The notes beneath the pieces were generated by a model. That model was not told the origin of the DNA. It worked only from the letters and a program-made list of their open reading frames with translations, and searched no databases. The position numbers and the translations under genes are program-made. From assembly GCA_965644495.1 (NCBI GenBank), contig CBFFSA010000004.1, positions 62,001-126,000 on the forward strand: a stretch of DNA of 64,000 nucleotides, in the 5' to 3' direction. Shown one piece after another: positions 20,454 to 32,142 of this stretch (position 1 is the stretch's first letter; each line of letters starts with the position of its first letter). This stretch comes from Perkinsela sp. CCAP 1560/9 (Eukaryota; Protista; Euglenozoa: Kinetoplastea).

Positions 20454-22988
20454 TCATGAAGTGAGCTTAGTTAAGACACTTTTTAGCACATGGGCCATTC
20501 CTGCTCTAACGCTTTTTTCCACCATCAGTTGTAGATGCGAACGATACAGAATTCCACTTAACCATAGTGGGGACCCAGGCTCGGTCTTTGTACTTTCCGT
20601 AACAGAAGTTTCATCCTTTTCTCCCCAAGAGAATTCGCCTACCTCTCGAAATTTCTCAGGAAGAGCCTCGTGCGAGAGCTCCAATGAAATCCACACAGGA
20701 CCGGGGGAACAGCAGGAATCAAAATCCTCTTCACCCGGTCCGCACAACAACCTTTCGTCCTGCAAAAGAGTGAGCATTTGCGCCGGTTTCTGCAAACGTA
20801 CCACACGACGCTGGTCCGTGTGGGGGGCTACCCAACGAGCTGCCTCAAAGGTAGGACGCCAGGAAAAAGCTTCATAACCTTGGTGCACGTTTGATTTGTA
20901 CAATATCCCCCCCTCTGTTTCCGAACGCTCCTTGATAGAGGTAGGTGGCAATTGTTTGTCTACTGTCGTTACCTCCCTTTCGCCAAGCTTCGTGTTTGTC
21001 CCCTCCACTTCTTTTTCTCGCCCTTCTTTTCTTTTTTCATTGATTTGGAACGCACGAACCCCACACATGGTGATCACCTCCTTGGCCCCTTTATACACCC
21101 AGGCATGAAGCATCACATAGGTGCTAAGGGTAAGGCACATCACCCTTTTGGGTTCCGAGGGAGTGTGGTCGGTGCCATGTACGACGAGACAAAGCCCCTG
21201 TTCGTGTCGTAGTCTCACGGCATCAAGGCCATAGAAATGTTGAAAATAGTGAATCTCGGATTCGGTGAGATCCCGGTACCGTCGGTACCCACCCCAGTGA
21301 CCGTAAGGGGTGGTTTTAAAAACAGAAAGAGGAGTCACGGTGGAAGGAGAAACCGATGGAGTACTATCGGAGCCATTGGACAAACCAAATGGGGGACAAG
21401 GCTCTGTGTATCTTCTCCTTTTTTCGTTTCGCACTTCAGGAGAGGAAGGAGGGCAGGTTTCGCCCCCCTCCGAAACCTCCTGCGCGTTGCGCACAAAAAG
21501 GGCGAGAAAAAACCCGCCCGTGTTCTGGGTGTGCGGTAACACCCGACCACACATTCTAACCACTTCGTGGTAGCTCGGCGCATTCTTTTCACAATCCTCC
21601 CATTTGGCGTTTTCATCCTCTTTATCCGCTATTCTATCCTTTCCAGCCTCCTTTGGCACCGCGAATTTCACATGCGGCAGCATTTCCCGCACATTGACCA
21701 GCCTCACCGATAAAAACGAGCGTTTCACCTCTTGCAACACCTTCCACACCACCTCCTCGTTCTCTACCGGATTCATACTACACGTGCTGTACACCAGCAC
21801 CCCCCTCTCCTGCAGTCTCTCCAGTCCCCTCCTCAAGATCTCTTGCTGTGTTTTTTGTAAATTTTTTCCATACCCTTCCTCCCATCTCGGGAGCACCGTA
21901 TTGTCCTTTCGTGTGGTCCCGTCTCCGGAACATGGCACGTCACACAGAATGCTCGAAAATTTGATAAAACATTTTAAAAGAGTAGAATATAAAAAAGGAA
22001 AACGACGAGCGTCCCCGCGGGTACAAAACACCCACGGGCTCTGGGCTCTTTTGAGTCGAGCCGGGAGAAGCTGTGTCGCCTTGGTGTGGTCTTTTTCGTT
22101 GCACACCAAAACACCCTTTTTTTGAATTCCCAAAAGAGAATCTAAAAAATGAAGGGATTTGGATCCCGGAGAGGCGCAAAGGTCGAGGGAAAAGGAATAG
22201 AGAAAAGAAGCAGGAAGAGAGGGCGTTTTTGTGTTTGGAGAGGAAGGTAGAGGGAAAAGATCGTTTTTTTCGGAGAGCGGATGAAATGCAGATGTGCTGA
22301 AATTCGAATCCTCCCTTTTTACGTCTATCGAAGAAGACACAGATAATGGATGGCTTTTTTCAAGAGGAGAGGAATGTCCGGAAATAAGATGATTCGAAGG
22401 ACTTATTTTTGTACCCATTGGAGAAGGCACCGACGAAACATCCCCTTTTTCAGGGGAAGAATTATCTCCGGAAGTAGGACGCTCCGAATCATCTACTTTC
22501 GTCTCCATCGAAGTGGGCCCGGACAAACCATAAGTCGATGGCAGCTCCGATAAGGAACGAGTAGCGGAGAGCAGTAAGTTCACTGGTAACATTGAGACGG
22601 CCTCCTGAAATGTCAACAGACCGGCACTGTGGAGTGTAGTCACCGTTTCATGGGTGTTGGGTTCGTCAAACTTTGTGTTGCTACAAGAAACGGCATGGGA
22701 AGGGAAGACACAACAAAGCGGCGTCAGATGGTGCGTCTGGACAAGGATGTGACACACGAGCCAGTGCCAGGGATGGGAGAGGGTCAGACGAGCGGTCATG
22801 GGGAGCGGCTCCGTGAGCATGTGGAGAAAGTTTTCCCACTCGGCAGGAGAGTGGATAAAGTGGTCCAGAACGATTCGGTAGTACGACAGAAAAGACTCCG
22901 AGGGGGCGACCACAGCGATGTTGCGACGGCGTGAAAGACGTTCGTCTCGCTGAGAGGCGTAGAGGGAAGGGGTGCTCTCGGAAGCCAT
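20454..22988 (-). CDS. tRNA (cytosine-5)-methyltransferase, NSUN2/Trm4 family
   Basis: QEAVSMLP, LDLCASPGSKS, ILCDVPCSGDGT, LVYSTCSMNPVENEEVV, RVLPHTQNTGGFF. Confidence 0.95.
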   Translation of the reverse strand: MASESTPSLYASQRDERLSRRRNIAVVAPSESFLSYYRIVLDHFIHSPAEWENFLHMLTEPLPMTARLTLSHPWHWLVCHILVQTHHLTPLCCVFPSHAVSCSNTKFDEPNTHETVTTLHSAGLLTFQEAVSMLPVNLLLSATRSLSELPSTYGLSGPTSMETKVDDSERPTSGDNSSPEKGDVSSVPSPMGTKISPSNHLISGHSSPLEKSHPLSVSSSIDVKREDSNFSTSAFHPLSEKNDLFPLPSSPNTKTPSLPASFLYSFSLDLCASPGSKSLHFLDSLLGIQKKGVLVCNEKDHTKATQLLPARLKRAQSPWVFCTRGDARRFPFLYSTLLKCFIKFSSILCDVPCSGDGTTRKDNTVLPRWEEGYGKNLQKTQQEILRRGLERLQERGVLVYSTCSMNPVENEEVVWKVLQEVKRSFLSVRLVNVREMLPHVKFAVPKEAGKDRIADKEDENAKWEDCEKNAPSYHEVVRMCGRVLPHTQNTGGFFLALFVRNAQEVSEGGETCPPSSPEVRNEKRRRYTEPCPPFGLSNGSDSTPSVSPSTVTPLSVFKTTPYGHWGGYRRYRDLTESEIHYFQHFYGLDAVRLRHEQGLCLVVHGTDHTPSEPKRVMCLTLSTYVMLHAWVYKGAKEVITMCGVRAFQINEKRKEGREKEVEGTNTKLGEREVTTVDKQLPPTSIKERSETEGGILYKSNVHQGYEAFSWRPTFEAARWVAPHTDQRRVVRLQKPAQMLTLLQDERLLCGPGEEDFDSCCSPGPVWISLELSHEALPEKFREVGEFSWGEKDETSVTESTKTEPGSPLWLSGILYRSHLQLMVEKSVRAGMAHVLKSVLTKLTS

Positions 22989-23339
22989 TTTATGGAGATC
23001 CCAGAAAGGTTTCTTACGGAGTGTAGTTTGAAACTATTTTTGTAGACTTCAATTTTTTTGAGTGACCCAAGAAATACGAAAATGTAGCTTTTGTTCTTAT
23101 CCGCGAAATGATTCCTGCAAAAATATCCGGCAAAAAAGTACCCTAAATTGACCCTTTTTTTGAGAAAAAAAATATTTTTTGTTTTGTTTTTTACAATTGT
23201 TTTTCTTATTTTTGAGTACATACAGGGGTGTCAACTTCCATCTGGGGGGGTCTAAAATTTGTAAAACTTGGCCAAGTTCTTAACTTTTTACCAGAGCTTG
23301 ATCTTTCGCCTTGACGTGGCGCTCTGAATTAACACCCCT

Positions 23340-23670
23340 TTCGAGCATAAGGCCGAAGGCATGCAGGCCAAGGCCAAAAGTGTCCTTCAAGGCCCACCTC
23401 AAGACCAGTCGGCTAAAGATCCGCGACGCAACCTTTGCGAGGCGGCCCTAGGGAAAACTCCGCCCACCACGCAACTGGTCTGCATGCGGCAGATTCAGAA
23501 CGTTCATTCCACAAAGTGGATGAATGCGTGGCCCAACCGGCCGGAATACTACATACGGGACCCGTAGTGCGAGACTGCGGCCCGTCTCCGGTACTTGGTC
23601 GCCCCTACCTCGTAGCCTGAGCTCCAGTGCGTGTGCGGTGCAATCCTCCGCAACGAGGAGTTTCGGGCCC
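23340..23670 (+). mobile_element. CRE/SLACS-clade non-LTR retrotransposon fragment (post-RT region)
   Basis: HSTKWMNAWP..YIRDP*CETAARLRYL...QCVCG matches the SxxWLxAxP..RLRL..CxCG block of CRE elements; two in-frame stops. Confidence 0.65.
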
Positions 23671-25149
23671 AGAGATTTTTGGATAAGTCAGCCCTTTGAA
23701 CAGTTTTTTCGATAAGTACGCCACTTATCCAAAAAATCCCGATTTTGGACCAAAAATGACAGATAACTAAGGGCGGGGTCACGGTATGTCCGCTCCTGTT
23801 GCTGGGAGGGGGGGGGGTAGGTATACTAAGTGGGCATGGGTATACGATCCTGGAACATGGTTTATTATTCACTGTTATATAGCGCTTCTTTCTGGGTACA
23901 AACGTGTTTTGGAGAAAGAGACTTTTGTCGAGAATTAAACTTGAGTTGTTGAAAATTCCAAAGGCTTTGAGTCCAAAAAAGATTTTCGCATATTTTGGTC
24001 AAAGAGTGCAAATTTTGGGAGCCCATCACGGCTGCAATAAAGGGCATCTTGCGAAAAAACGTCGTAGAAGGCTAGTAGAGGTCCCAAACTCTCGAAATAC
24101 TATAGGGGAAACGCTTTTGAAATTCACGGTATGCTAATTCTCAAATTAACTCAAACATTTGATTTATTTTACTGGAAACACGACATTTCGCGTTCCAACA
24201 GTCTGCCAAAGATACCGGCCTAAATTATTTGAAAGAAACTAATCTAAGACCTCGAAGTAACTTTAGTGTCCGAAATACAAACGCGTTGCGCAGCTACGAA
24301 TTTGGACTTGTCAATTACTATATAACTCTTCGTTCCCGCGCAGCGACAGTCGCAAGCCTCCTTTGAGTAAGCAGCTCGCAATTTAGCGGCTGCGCTGTAG
24401 CCTGGTTCAGCTCAGATGAAACAACTACGTGAAATGGTTTATTCATTCCCGTTCGCTCGAATTCCGAAGGAATTAGTTCGAAAGGTCTTACGCCACTCTC
24501 TGTGGCCTGATTAGATTATCGTGACCTGGACTATACAAGCAAAAAGGAATAGAAGTAAAAGGGTAAAAAATGATAATCGAGGATAAGTTTACAAGGTGCG
24601 CAAAGTTTATTTACTGAGATCTGCAAAATACCACAAGATTTAGATCAAACTCACCATACTGATTTTAGTGGGGGTGTCTTATCGTGTCGAAGGGTTTATA
24701 CAGTATATTATTACAATGACTGATATACGAAAAGGACTTTCCTGAAACCGCTCGTCTTCTAAAAGCGCATTCAAACCCCCCGAAAATCTAGGAAAAGGGA
24801 GAACGTGCAAATTCATAAATCTAACAAACCAATAAGTAAAACCATAAATGAAGACCATGTTATGTTTTAATCACTCTTACAGATGTACTTCGTACTTTCC
24901 ATTATATATTATCGAGCCTAGACATATATTTTCCAAAACGAAATGGAGAGGAATAATTATTACCATATCTTATCGTAGGTAAACTCATTTTTTGCCCATG
25001 ATGTCCTTAATTCTCCTTCATATAACGATGTTTGTTTTATTGCATAATGCTAAAGCTACAATGATATGCATTGTACTATTTTTCATAAGATTTCCATTTT
25101 ATCAACTAGGTTGCGAAGAACTATTCGGCCCTCGAATACACCGACACGC

Positions 25150-25656
25150 TTAATTCTTCTTCTGCACCAGCTTTTCAATGAGTGCGTTACCCTTCTTACG
25201 GAATTGCGCTGCCTCAACTGAAAGTGCCTTGCGTTGAGCGGCTGACAACTTCTGGTATTTGGCAGATACTTTCTTTGCCGCCGCGCGGAAACAAGCCTTA
25301 GGTTTCGTGTGGTTTCCCTTCTCCGCCTTGTATATCGATGGTAAGGTACGCTTTAAGAACAAGCCATAAGGACGGTAGCGTGCGCTTTTCACTTGTGAGA
25401 CGAGCGCTTTCTTTTGTTTCATATTCTCAGCAGCAATCTTGCTGAGGGACTGAACTTGAGCAGGAGGCAACCTTTTAAAAGCGGCATGTGCTCCGGTGAG
25501 TTTTTTTGGGCCACCCTTTTTACCTTTGAAAAATTTTGACATAAATACACGCAGCGCACTTGTCGGTGCTGATTTTCCAGCCCATGGCTTATTGATAACT
25601 TTACGACGAAGCTTTGCGATGTTATTCGCGAGGTTTGGAAGCGCACGAGAAAACAT
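25150..25656 (-). CDS. KAP-like tandem HMG-box protein, copy 2
   Basis: MFSRALPNL..PWAGKSAPTSALRVF..; 168 aa. Confidence 0.82.
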   Translation of the reverse strand: MFSRALPNLANNIAKLRRKVINKPWAGKSAPTSALRVFMSKFFKGKKGGPKKLTGAHAAFKRLPPAQVQSLSKIAAENMKQKKALVSQVKSARYRPYGLFLKRTLPSIYKAEKGNHTKPKACFRAAAKKVSAKYQKLSAAQRKALSVEAAQFRKKGNALIEKLVQKKN

Positions 25657-25688
25657 TATAAGTAGAAAGACAGGGAAAAAGATAATCT

Positions 25689-27254
25689 GGGTAATATGCA
25701 GTCAAACTTTACCCTAAATTTCATTTTTTTTTACTTTTTTTTGTCAAAAAAATATGTGTGATTAATTATTTACTTGATAGTTTTGAGTCATTTTCACCCA
25801 CTTTTAAGCTTTGTTTACGTCTTAAACCATTGAATGGACTGCTCAGGGTGTAGAACTTTTGCATGCTTGACGCTAGTTACGTCAATTTTGCAAATAACGT
25901 CAGAGAATGTTGTTTCCTGGCTAGTAAATCACTCTTTCGGGGCTTATACACAGTGTCTTCGCTGCAAAGAGAAACCAAGAAGCGATCAATGCTTCAAAAA
26001 ACTCGAAGACGGTTCGAAGTGCCGCCTAAAAATTCCGAAATTTGGCCCCTTTTTTCCTTTAAACTGTCGAATTGTTGATAAATTTCGATGTTGGCTGCTT
26101 CTAGCGCAAGGTAACCTGCCCTTGAACGCAGCTTTGCAAGCGCTCAGGTCTCTTCGTTCAGTTCTTACAGACCTAAGTGAAATTGAACGCATATTCAGCA
26201 TTCCCCGTTCCCCGCACATGCTCATGAAGTACGTTATGGTGGATGAGACATACATTGGGAAACGCCTGCACCATCGCGGGAGACAAGTCCGCAAACAAAA
26301 GTTCTGGTTTATGACGGCTACAGAGGTTGATCCAAACACCGGGAAATCATTGCAAACATACTGGGAGGCAACGGTTCGCTGAATGAGAGAGGTTTGCCAC
26401 AGGTTTGTCCGATCAGTCATAGAAAATCGAAATGCCATGGTAATTACTGATGAGTGGGCTGCATATCGTGGAATCGATGCCTTTTGCCGACATTACACTA
26501 TTTGCCACGCTGATGCATTCTCGCGAGAGCACTCCCCGCACGTCAACATTCATATCAACAACGCAGAGTCTGCCCATGCCAGTGTAAAGGGTTACTGCAA
26601 GCGTTTTTTTCACAAATGGGGCAGAAGTTTGGAAAGCTGTCAGGCACGAGCGCATTTAATTTGCACGGTCTTCTTCAAGGCGGAAGCTAAAAAGCGTTTT
26701 CAGAACCTTATGACTGTTATGGCGAGATACTCCTCTGACAATAGCGCGGTATACGGAGATCAGTCAAATGAAGAAGATGCGGAAGTTTCCAGTGACTCTA
26801 GTGAGGACCTTCAGGAAGATTATGAAAGCCCAACCACGCGACTAGGTCGAGCGCTCACTGAACATATAAGACTCAAACGCAGATATGGAAGGTATGAAAT
26901 GGGATTCCACAAGTATGTGATAAAAAGTGCCACTGACCGCCACTACACTATTTATGTTGGTCCTGGTGGTGCTCGACGCACTTGCCGTGACGGACGTCTG
27001 GGCAATCGATGTAAGCATATATATTTCATTTTGATGCGGGAACTTGGGGTGGATGAAAACCATTCAGTTCTATTAAAATCGGAATTTTCATCAGAAGACC
27101 TATCGAATTTGTTGTAGACGAGGCAGAAATTATCGGTAAATCGTCTTATTTATATGCAAATTTGCGTAAAAACAAAAAAGGAACACATATGTGATGGAAA
27201 TATACAGTTTTTAGAAAAAACAAATTTAGGGTACATTTTGACTGCAGTTGACCC
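25689..27254 (+). mobile_element. Merlin (IS1595/ISXO2-like) DNA transposon with complete ends
   Basis: 8-bp TSD GATAATCT (25681-25688 and 27255-27262); ~33-bp imperfect TIR GGGT(A/C)A..TGCAGTCAAA..TACCCTAAATTT. Confidence 0.93.
25834..27117 (+). pseudogene. Merlin transposase with C-terminal SWIM-like zinc finger; one in-frame TGA at 26380
   Basis: VDETYIGKR..RGR, VITDEWAAY, ICH..HINNAES; tail YTIYV..R(for C)TCRDG..CKHIYFIL. ORFs 25834-26382 and 26383-27117 are in the same frame. Confidence 0.88.
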
Positions 27255-27277
27255 GATAATCTTGTAGGATATAAATT

Positions 27278-27775
27278 ACGTTTACTTTCTTTTTGCTTTT
27301 ATGTGGAAAAAAGAGCTCTTAGATGTAGTTTATCGGTAACCCGGGGAACGGTATATTATTCAAATCGGAATTTGAATAATACTGTTACACTGCCGACTAA
27401 TATTATTGAGTTTTTAATTATAGGCAAAGCTATGCAACTTTTAATTAAAAAATCAATAATTTTTGTGCCAATAATTTTTGTAGAAATTTGTACATATCGA
27501 CAAACAATAGAAGTTGTTAGTAGAGGGGCGGAAAAACCCAAAATTAGGTCAAAAGTTATATTTGCTCTCAAAAAGATTCAAGAATTTTTACGGGGAAGAA
27601 AGTTGTTTTTCACCAAAAAATTATTATACCTAGGAGGTACAATGGTGAGTATGTAGTTAGTATCTGTAGGCATGTGTGTGTTTCTGTAAATTTCTGTGAA
27701 TCGCTGTGAGTCGCTGTGAGTATTTTTTTGCGACGATAAATGGCGATCTAGAGACTCACCAATAGGTGTTCCTAT
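27278..27775. repeat. Near-identical direct duplicate of 29747-30125
   Basis: Same sequence including the flank and left end of the ACCCGGGGAACGG element; differs by the 117-bp MITE. Confidence 0.9.
27644..27760. mobile_element. 117-bp MITE with 3-bp AAT TSD (PIF/Harbinger-group type)
   Basis: AAT|GGTGAGT...ACTCACC|AAT; the empty site TACAATAGGTGTT is visible near 30108-30120. A related left end follows AAT at 42899. Confidence 0.85.
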
Positions 27776-29149
27776 AGTACGGGTAATAATTTGCGTGTGC
27801 TGAAGGAGAGATGCGCTCTTCTTAAGGATGGTGAGTGGGGAAACTTGATTCCGAGTTCATCAACATGCTACAGGGGGGCGCAAGTAGGGAACGCCCTCGG
27901 CGGATTTAGAAAAACGTTCAGTTTTTTGTATGTTGGTGGACATTTGGGTTCTCCATTTTCTCCGTGGTCTCCCGCAGGGGGTTGAGTACGTGTGCGTCGA
28001 TAGCCTGTATCAAGCAGTCGTTGGGGATACTTTGATCCGCAACAGTCTTCGGCGTCGTGGTAGCAAGGATGACTTTTATGGGAGGTGTTTGTCACCACTG
28101 GGTTGTGATTTATTGGTGAGAAAAGTACAAACATGCATTGGTTCCCCTGAGAAAGTTTCTATGTATTGTATATTATTATGCTGTATATGTATCCCTTCCC
28201 TCATCTCCCACCACCCCGCTCGGAACAGGTTCCGAGTCCCCATGCGCTGCAGGACCCTACTACGGGACCACGCGGCGTGCCTTCACTATCCGGCGACACC
28301 GGTACTTCTGCGCGTAGGAGGCTTCCATATACCGGAAGTCTCCCACACGGCGAGCAAACACGTTGTATGCGTGTTCTAGAGGATGTTCTATGCACCTCTC
28401 TTGCTCACCAGACGTGGCGGATTCTGTGGGACCCCGATGCTCATGATGCATCATGAACCATGACTCCATTTGCCAGCATGCATCCATGGCCCTGACCATG
28501 TTGTATCATGAAGCATGGAAGTCATTTGTAGCATGTACGATGGGAATACCATCCGCGTCCCACAAATCCGTATATCTTCCCTGGCAGGACTACGCTCTCC
28601 TCCCGTCTCGGGACCTCTTATCCCGATGAAGCCGTTCTTTTCGTTTCCCCAGGGGGGTATGCCGTGCTTTTCCCGGTGTCGTAGAGTGAGGCGACAGGTT
28701 CAGCAGGGAGCGCCCTTTGCGTCACCCCTGCTGATCCCAGTATCTCTACAGGTTTTCGCCCTGTATGAATAAAACCAAATATCTGAATCCACGTTCAAGC
28801 ACTATGTGCGCGGCAACAATACACGGGAGCGAGCAAATTTTGCGAAAAAAAACATGATAATTGTTCATGACTTAGCTGTATGAAGGTGACAGATATTGTC
28901 TTTGTAAAAAGAAAAAGGTGTAGAAAGAAGAAGGAAGACACGCGGAAAGATTTCCAAGAAAGAGAAATGTAAATGCGTAATAATGTTTATTCATTTCACG
29001 CAGACTGTATTCATGCTTCACAGCTCAGGGCTTAACATAGACTTCTTTGCTTCATTAAGCACAGGAGACTCCACTATACGGGGAAAAATCGCAAATGGTG
29101 ATACTCCGCTAGCCATTCTAAGTAATGTGGTTCTAAGTAAGAGGAAAGT

Positions 29150-29670
29150 TCTTGCCCTGCCTTTCTATAGTACAAACGCCATATACGTCACTAATTATAA
29201 AACTACTGAACAGTGGTCCTCTTGGAGAAGTAGCACCTCCACCGATAGCAGAGGGCTCGACGGGAAAGCGTTGGGTGCAGTACTTGTCGTATCTGGTGTC
29301 TTGCGGGGCGTTGGAGGATTTCAAGGCCAACAATGCTAGCGAAACTATTCCGATCTTCGCTAATTACTTGGCAGTGTTTAACACCGAAGATAGCGCAAGA
29401 GCTATTCTGGATATGCGCGCTCTAAATGCTCTTACAACGTCAGATGGTGTACCCTTCTCTATATGTAGTGCGCCATACTTTATTGGCGTACTCCGCAGTC
29501 TGGATTTCACAAGGTTTAAATTGCGAACTGTCCACGCGGACATATCCAATGCATAGTATCAAAAACCAATTGGTAAACCATTTCGAAAGCGTCGTTGTGT
29601 CCTCCGTGGCCAGCAAATTTTACAATGTACCGTGCTTCCTATGGGTTATAAATATTCATGTGGAATACAG
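29150..29670 (+). mobile_element. Reverse-transcriptase fragment, DIRS/TATE-like
   Basis: YLAVFNTEDSARAILDMRALN ... HADISNA*YQ ... TVLPMGYKYS; stops and frameshifts. Confidence 0.65.
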
Positions 29671-29807
29671 GGGGGAAATTAAGTTGTGTCAACAAAAATC
29701 GTGTTATTTTCTGGGATAGGCAAACTCATTTTTTGCCCACGATGTCACGTTTACTTTCTTTTTGCTTTTATGTGGAAAAAAGAGCTCTTAGCTGCAGTTT
29801 ATCGGTA

Positions 29808-30962
29808 ACCCGGGGAACGGTATATTATTCAAATCGGAATTTGAATAATACTGTTACACTGCCGACTAATATTATTGAGTTTTTAATTATAGGCAAAGCT
29901 ATGCAACTTTTAATTAAAAAATCAATAATTTTTGTGCCAATAATTTTTGTAGAAATTTGTACATATCGACAAACAATAGAAGTTGTTAGTAGAGGGGCGG
30001 AAAAACCCAAAAGTAGGTCAAAAGTTTTTGTTTGCTCTCAAAAAGATTCAAGAATTTTTATGGGGAAGAAAGTTGTTTTTCACCAAAAAATTATTATACC
30101 TAGGAGGTACAATAGGTGTTCCTAGGTAAAATAACCCGGACGGTGGTTTGCATCTCTCTAATCTTGTCAAATGCGTTGCGAAGGGCAGGTTATTAAATGG
30201 TCATTAAGTGAGGGGATGCGGGTGTGATCTCGCATGATCTCACGACCGGGTGTTGACATAAAGCCAATCTCGATCCTCCTGCGTCAAATCTTCTCATAAA
30301 ATTTGAGTTTTTGTGCAAAATCTATGCCACTCTTCTCTAAAAAGTGGTTGCCAAGATCAGACCTCATGAGAAATTCAAAAACTGACCACAAAGATAAAAA
30401 AATGTTTCTCGCCTAAAATTGACAACTTTTAAATAGAAAAACAATAAATTTTGTACCATGAAATTTAGCGATAAGAATTTTTGGCTTGGGTGTATTAGAA
30501 TAATATAGTGTTATGCGGCTCTATTTGAATAATATAACGTTATTTGAATACTATAGTGTTAATTTGAATACTATAGTGTTAATTTGAATAAAATAGTTGT
30601 GAGTAGCGAAAAATGCGGTTTTGGTGGATGATAAAGCAAAGGTTTGTCTAAAATCCTGTCCATAATGCCAAAAATTGGCGATTTGAATATTATACGGTTA
30701 TTTGAATTAAATATAATTCATACTATATAATATAATTTAACTATAATTTATATAGTGTTAATTTGAATAAAATAGTTGTGAGTAGCGAAAAATGCGGTTT
30801 TGGTGTATGATAAAGCAAAGGTTTGTCTAAAATCCGGTCCATCATGCGAAAAATTGGCGATTTGAATATTATACCGTTATTTGAATAATATAGTGTTAAT
30901 TTGAATAATATAGTGTAATTTGAATAATGTAGCGCTATTGAATAATATACCGTTCCCCGGGC
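29808..30962. mobile_element. TA-flanked TIR element with ~20-bp subterminal tandem repeats; diverged inverted relative at ~32815-36110
   Basis: TA|ACCCGGGGAACGGTATATTATTCAA ... TTGAATAATATACCGTTCCCCGGGC|TA; ATTTGAATA(C/A)TATAGTGTTA repeats at 30500-30950. Confidence 0.8.
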
Positions 30963-30965
30963 TAC

Positions 30966-31400
30966 ATGAAGTATCGGAACTCCAAGATACGGTACTCGCG
31001 TTGTCAGGTTGACGAGACTAATTTATGGATCCGGAAGTACAACCACGTAGAACTCGTAAGAAACCAACGTGGGTATTGACTCTTACGGAAGTTGCAAGGA
31101 ACGGTAAATCGGTAAGCACTGTATGGTTATACGTAAACGATCGAAATAAAGAAATCATGGAGCGGGTGATCAGGGTGCATACATTGGACAACCAACGTAC
31201 CATAGTAACTACAGACGGGTGGAAAAGATACTCGAATGTTATTTCATTTTGCGATCACTTTACTGTGAACCATTCCAGTAAAGGTCGAAGAGTCATGTCA
31301 TTCAGCAGTAGAGCGGGCTATACGTAAACAAGGTAGGCTATCAATGCCGTTGAGAGAGTTTAAGCAGACCGAGGCGTTGTTTACCTTACTTTTTCTAGAC
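30966..31400 (+). pseudogene. Merlin transposase fragment
   Basis: QVDET.., RRTRKKPTWVLTLTEV, IVTTDGWKRY, HFTVNHS. Confidence 0.8.
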
Positions 31401-32142
31401 TCTTCTTTCTAGACTTTCTAGTGAGTAGCTTGTTAATGAAAGCGAAGATGAAGATTGGAAGTTCATACAAAGGTTACATTTGTAAGTTACGACGAAATAA
31501 CCTTCAAAATCGGCGTCAATTACATGCAGTACAAGAAAAGAAAAAAAGTGTATTTTTTTGAGACAAGGAATGGAAAATGTATTTAACCGCATTTAACATT
31601 TCGAAAACATGAGTATTAAGCTTTTTATGCACTATCGTAAATTTTCAAAAAATGACTACAATATAAGTCATCTGCAGCTAAACAATTGTTTTTCAACGAA
31701 CATTCAACGAACATATCCCCAATCCCCAATTACATTCACAAACAAAAAGGATGCTCCCCTTTTTCAGCAAAAAAAAATCGATGTATGTTCGTGTTTCCGT
31801 TCATCGAAAAGGACGTCCTGTTCGATGAATATTCATCGAATGCCCCCCTCCCCAAATATTGTATAGAGTTGAGTCATTCTCATGGTAATCTGGTGCTCTA
31901 TTGAATCAGGAAGGATGCAAATCTACTGGTCTATTAAATAAATAAAAATTATTAAGTAGCAAACTAAAGCATGATCTTGATATAGTATCACCGTCGACGA
32001 AAATAAGGAACGTTCGCTGTGCATTCGATTATAAATATATTTTTTTATAATTAATTATAATTCTACTTTTTTAACACATTCCTATTTGTAATAAATATTT
32101 CCAAACCTTTCGCTTCTTATGACTCCGAAAAAAGTGATACAG

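Noticed and set aside
24180-24705. Additional Tc1 remnant (FSSDET, GISSKGLTPL, end resembling the 53117 TIR)
   Set aside because: Plausible but too decayed to delimit, so not listed as a feature.
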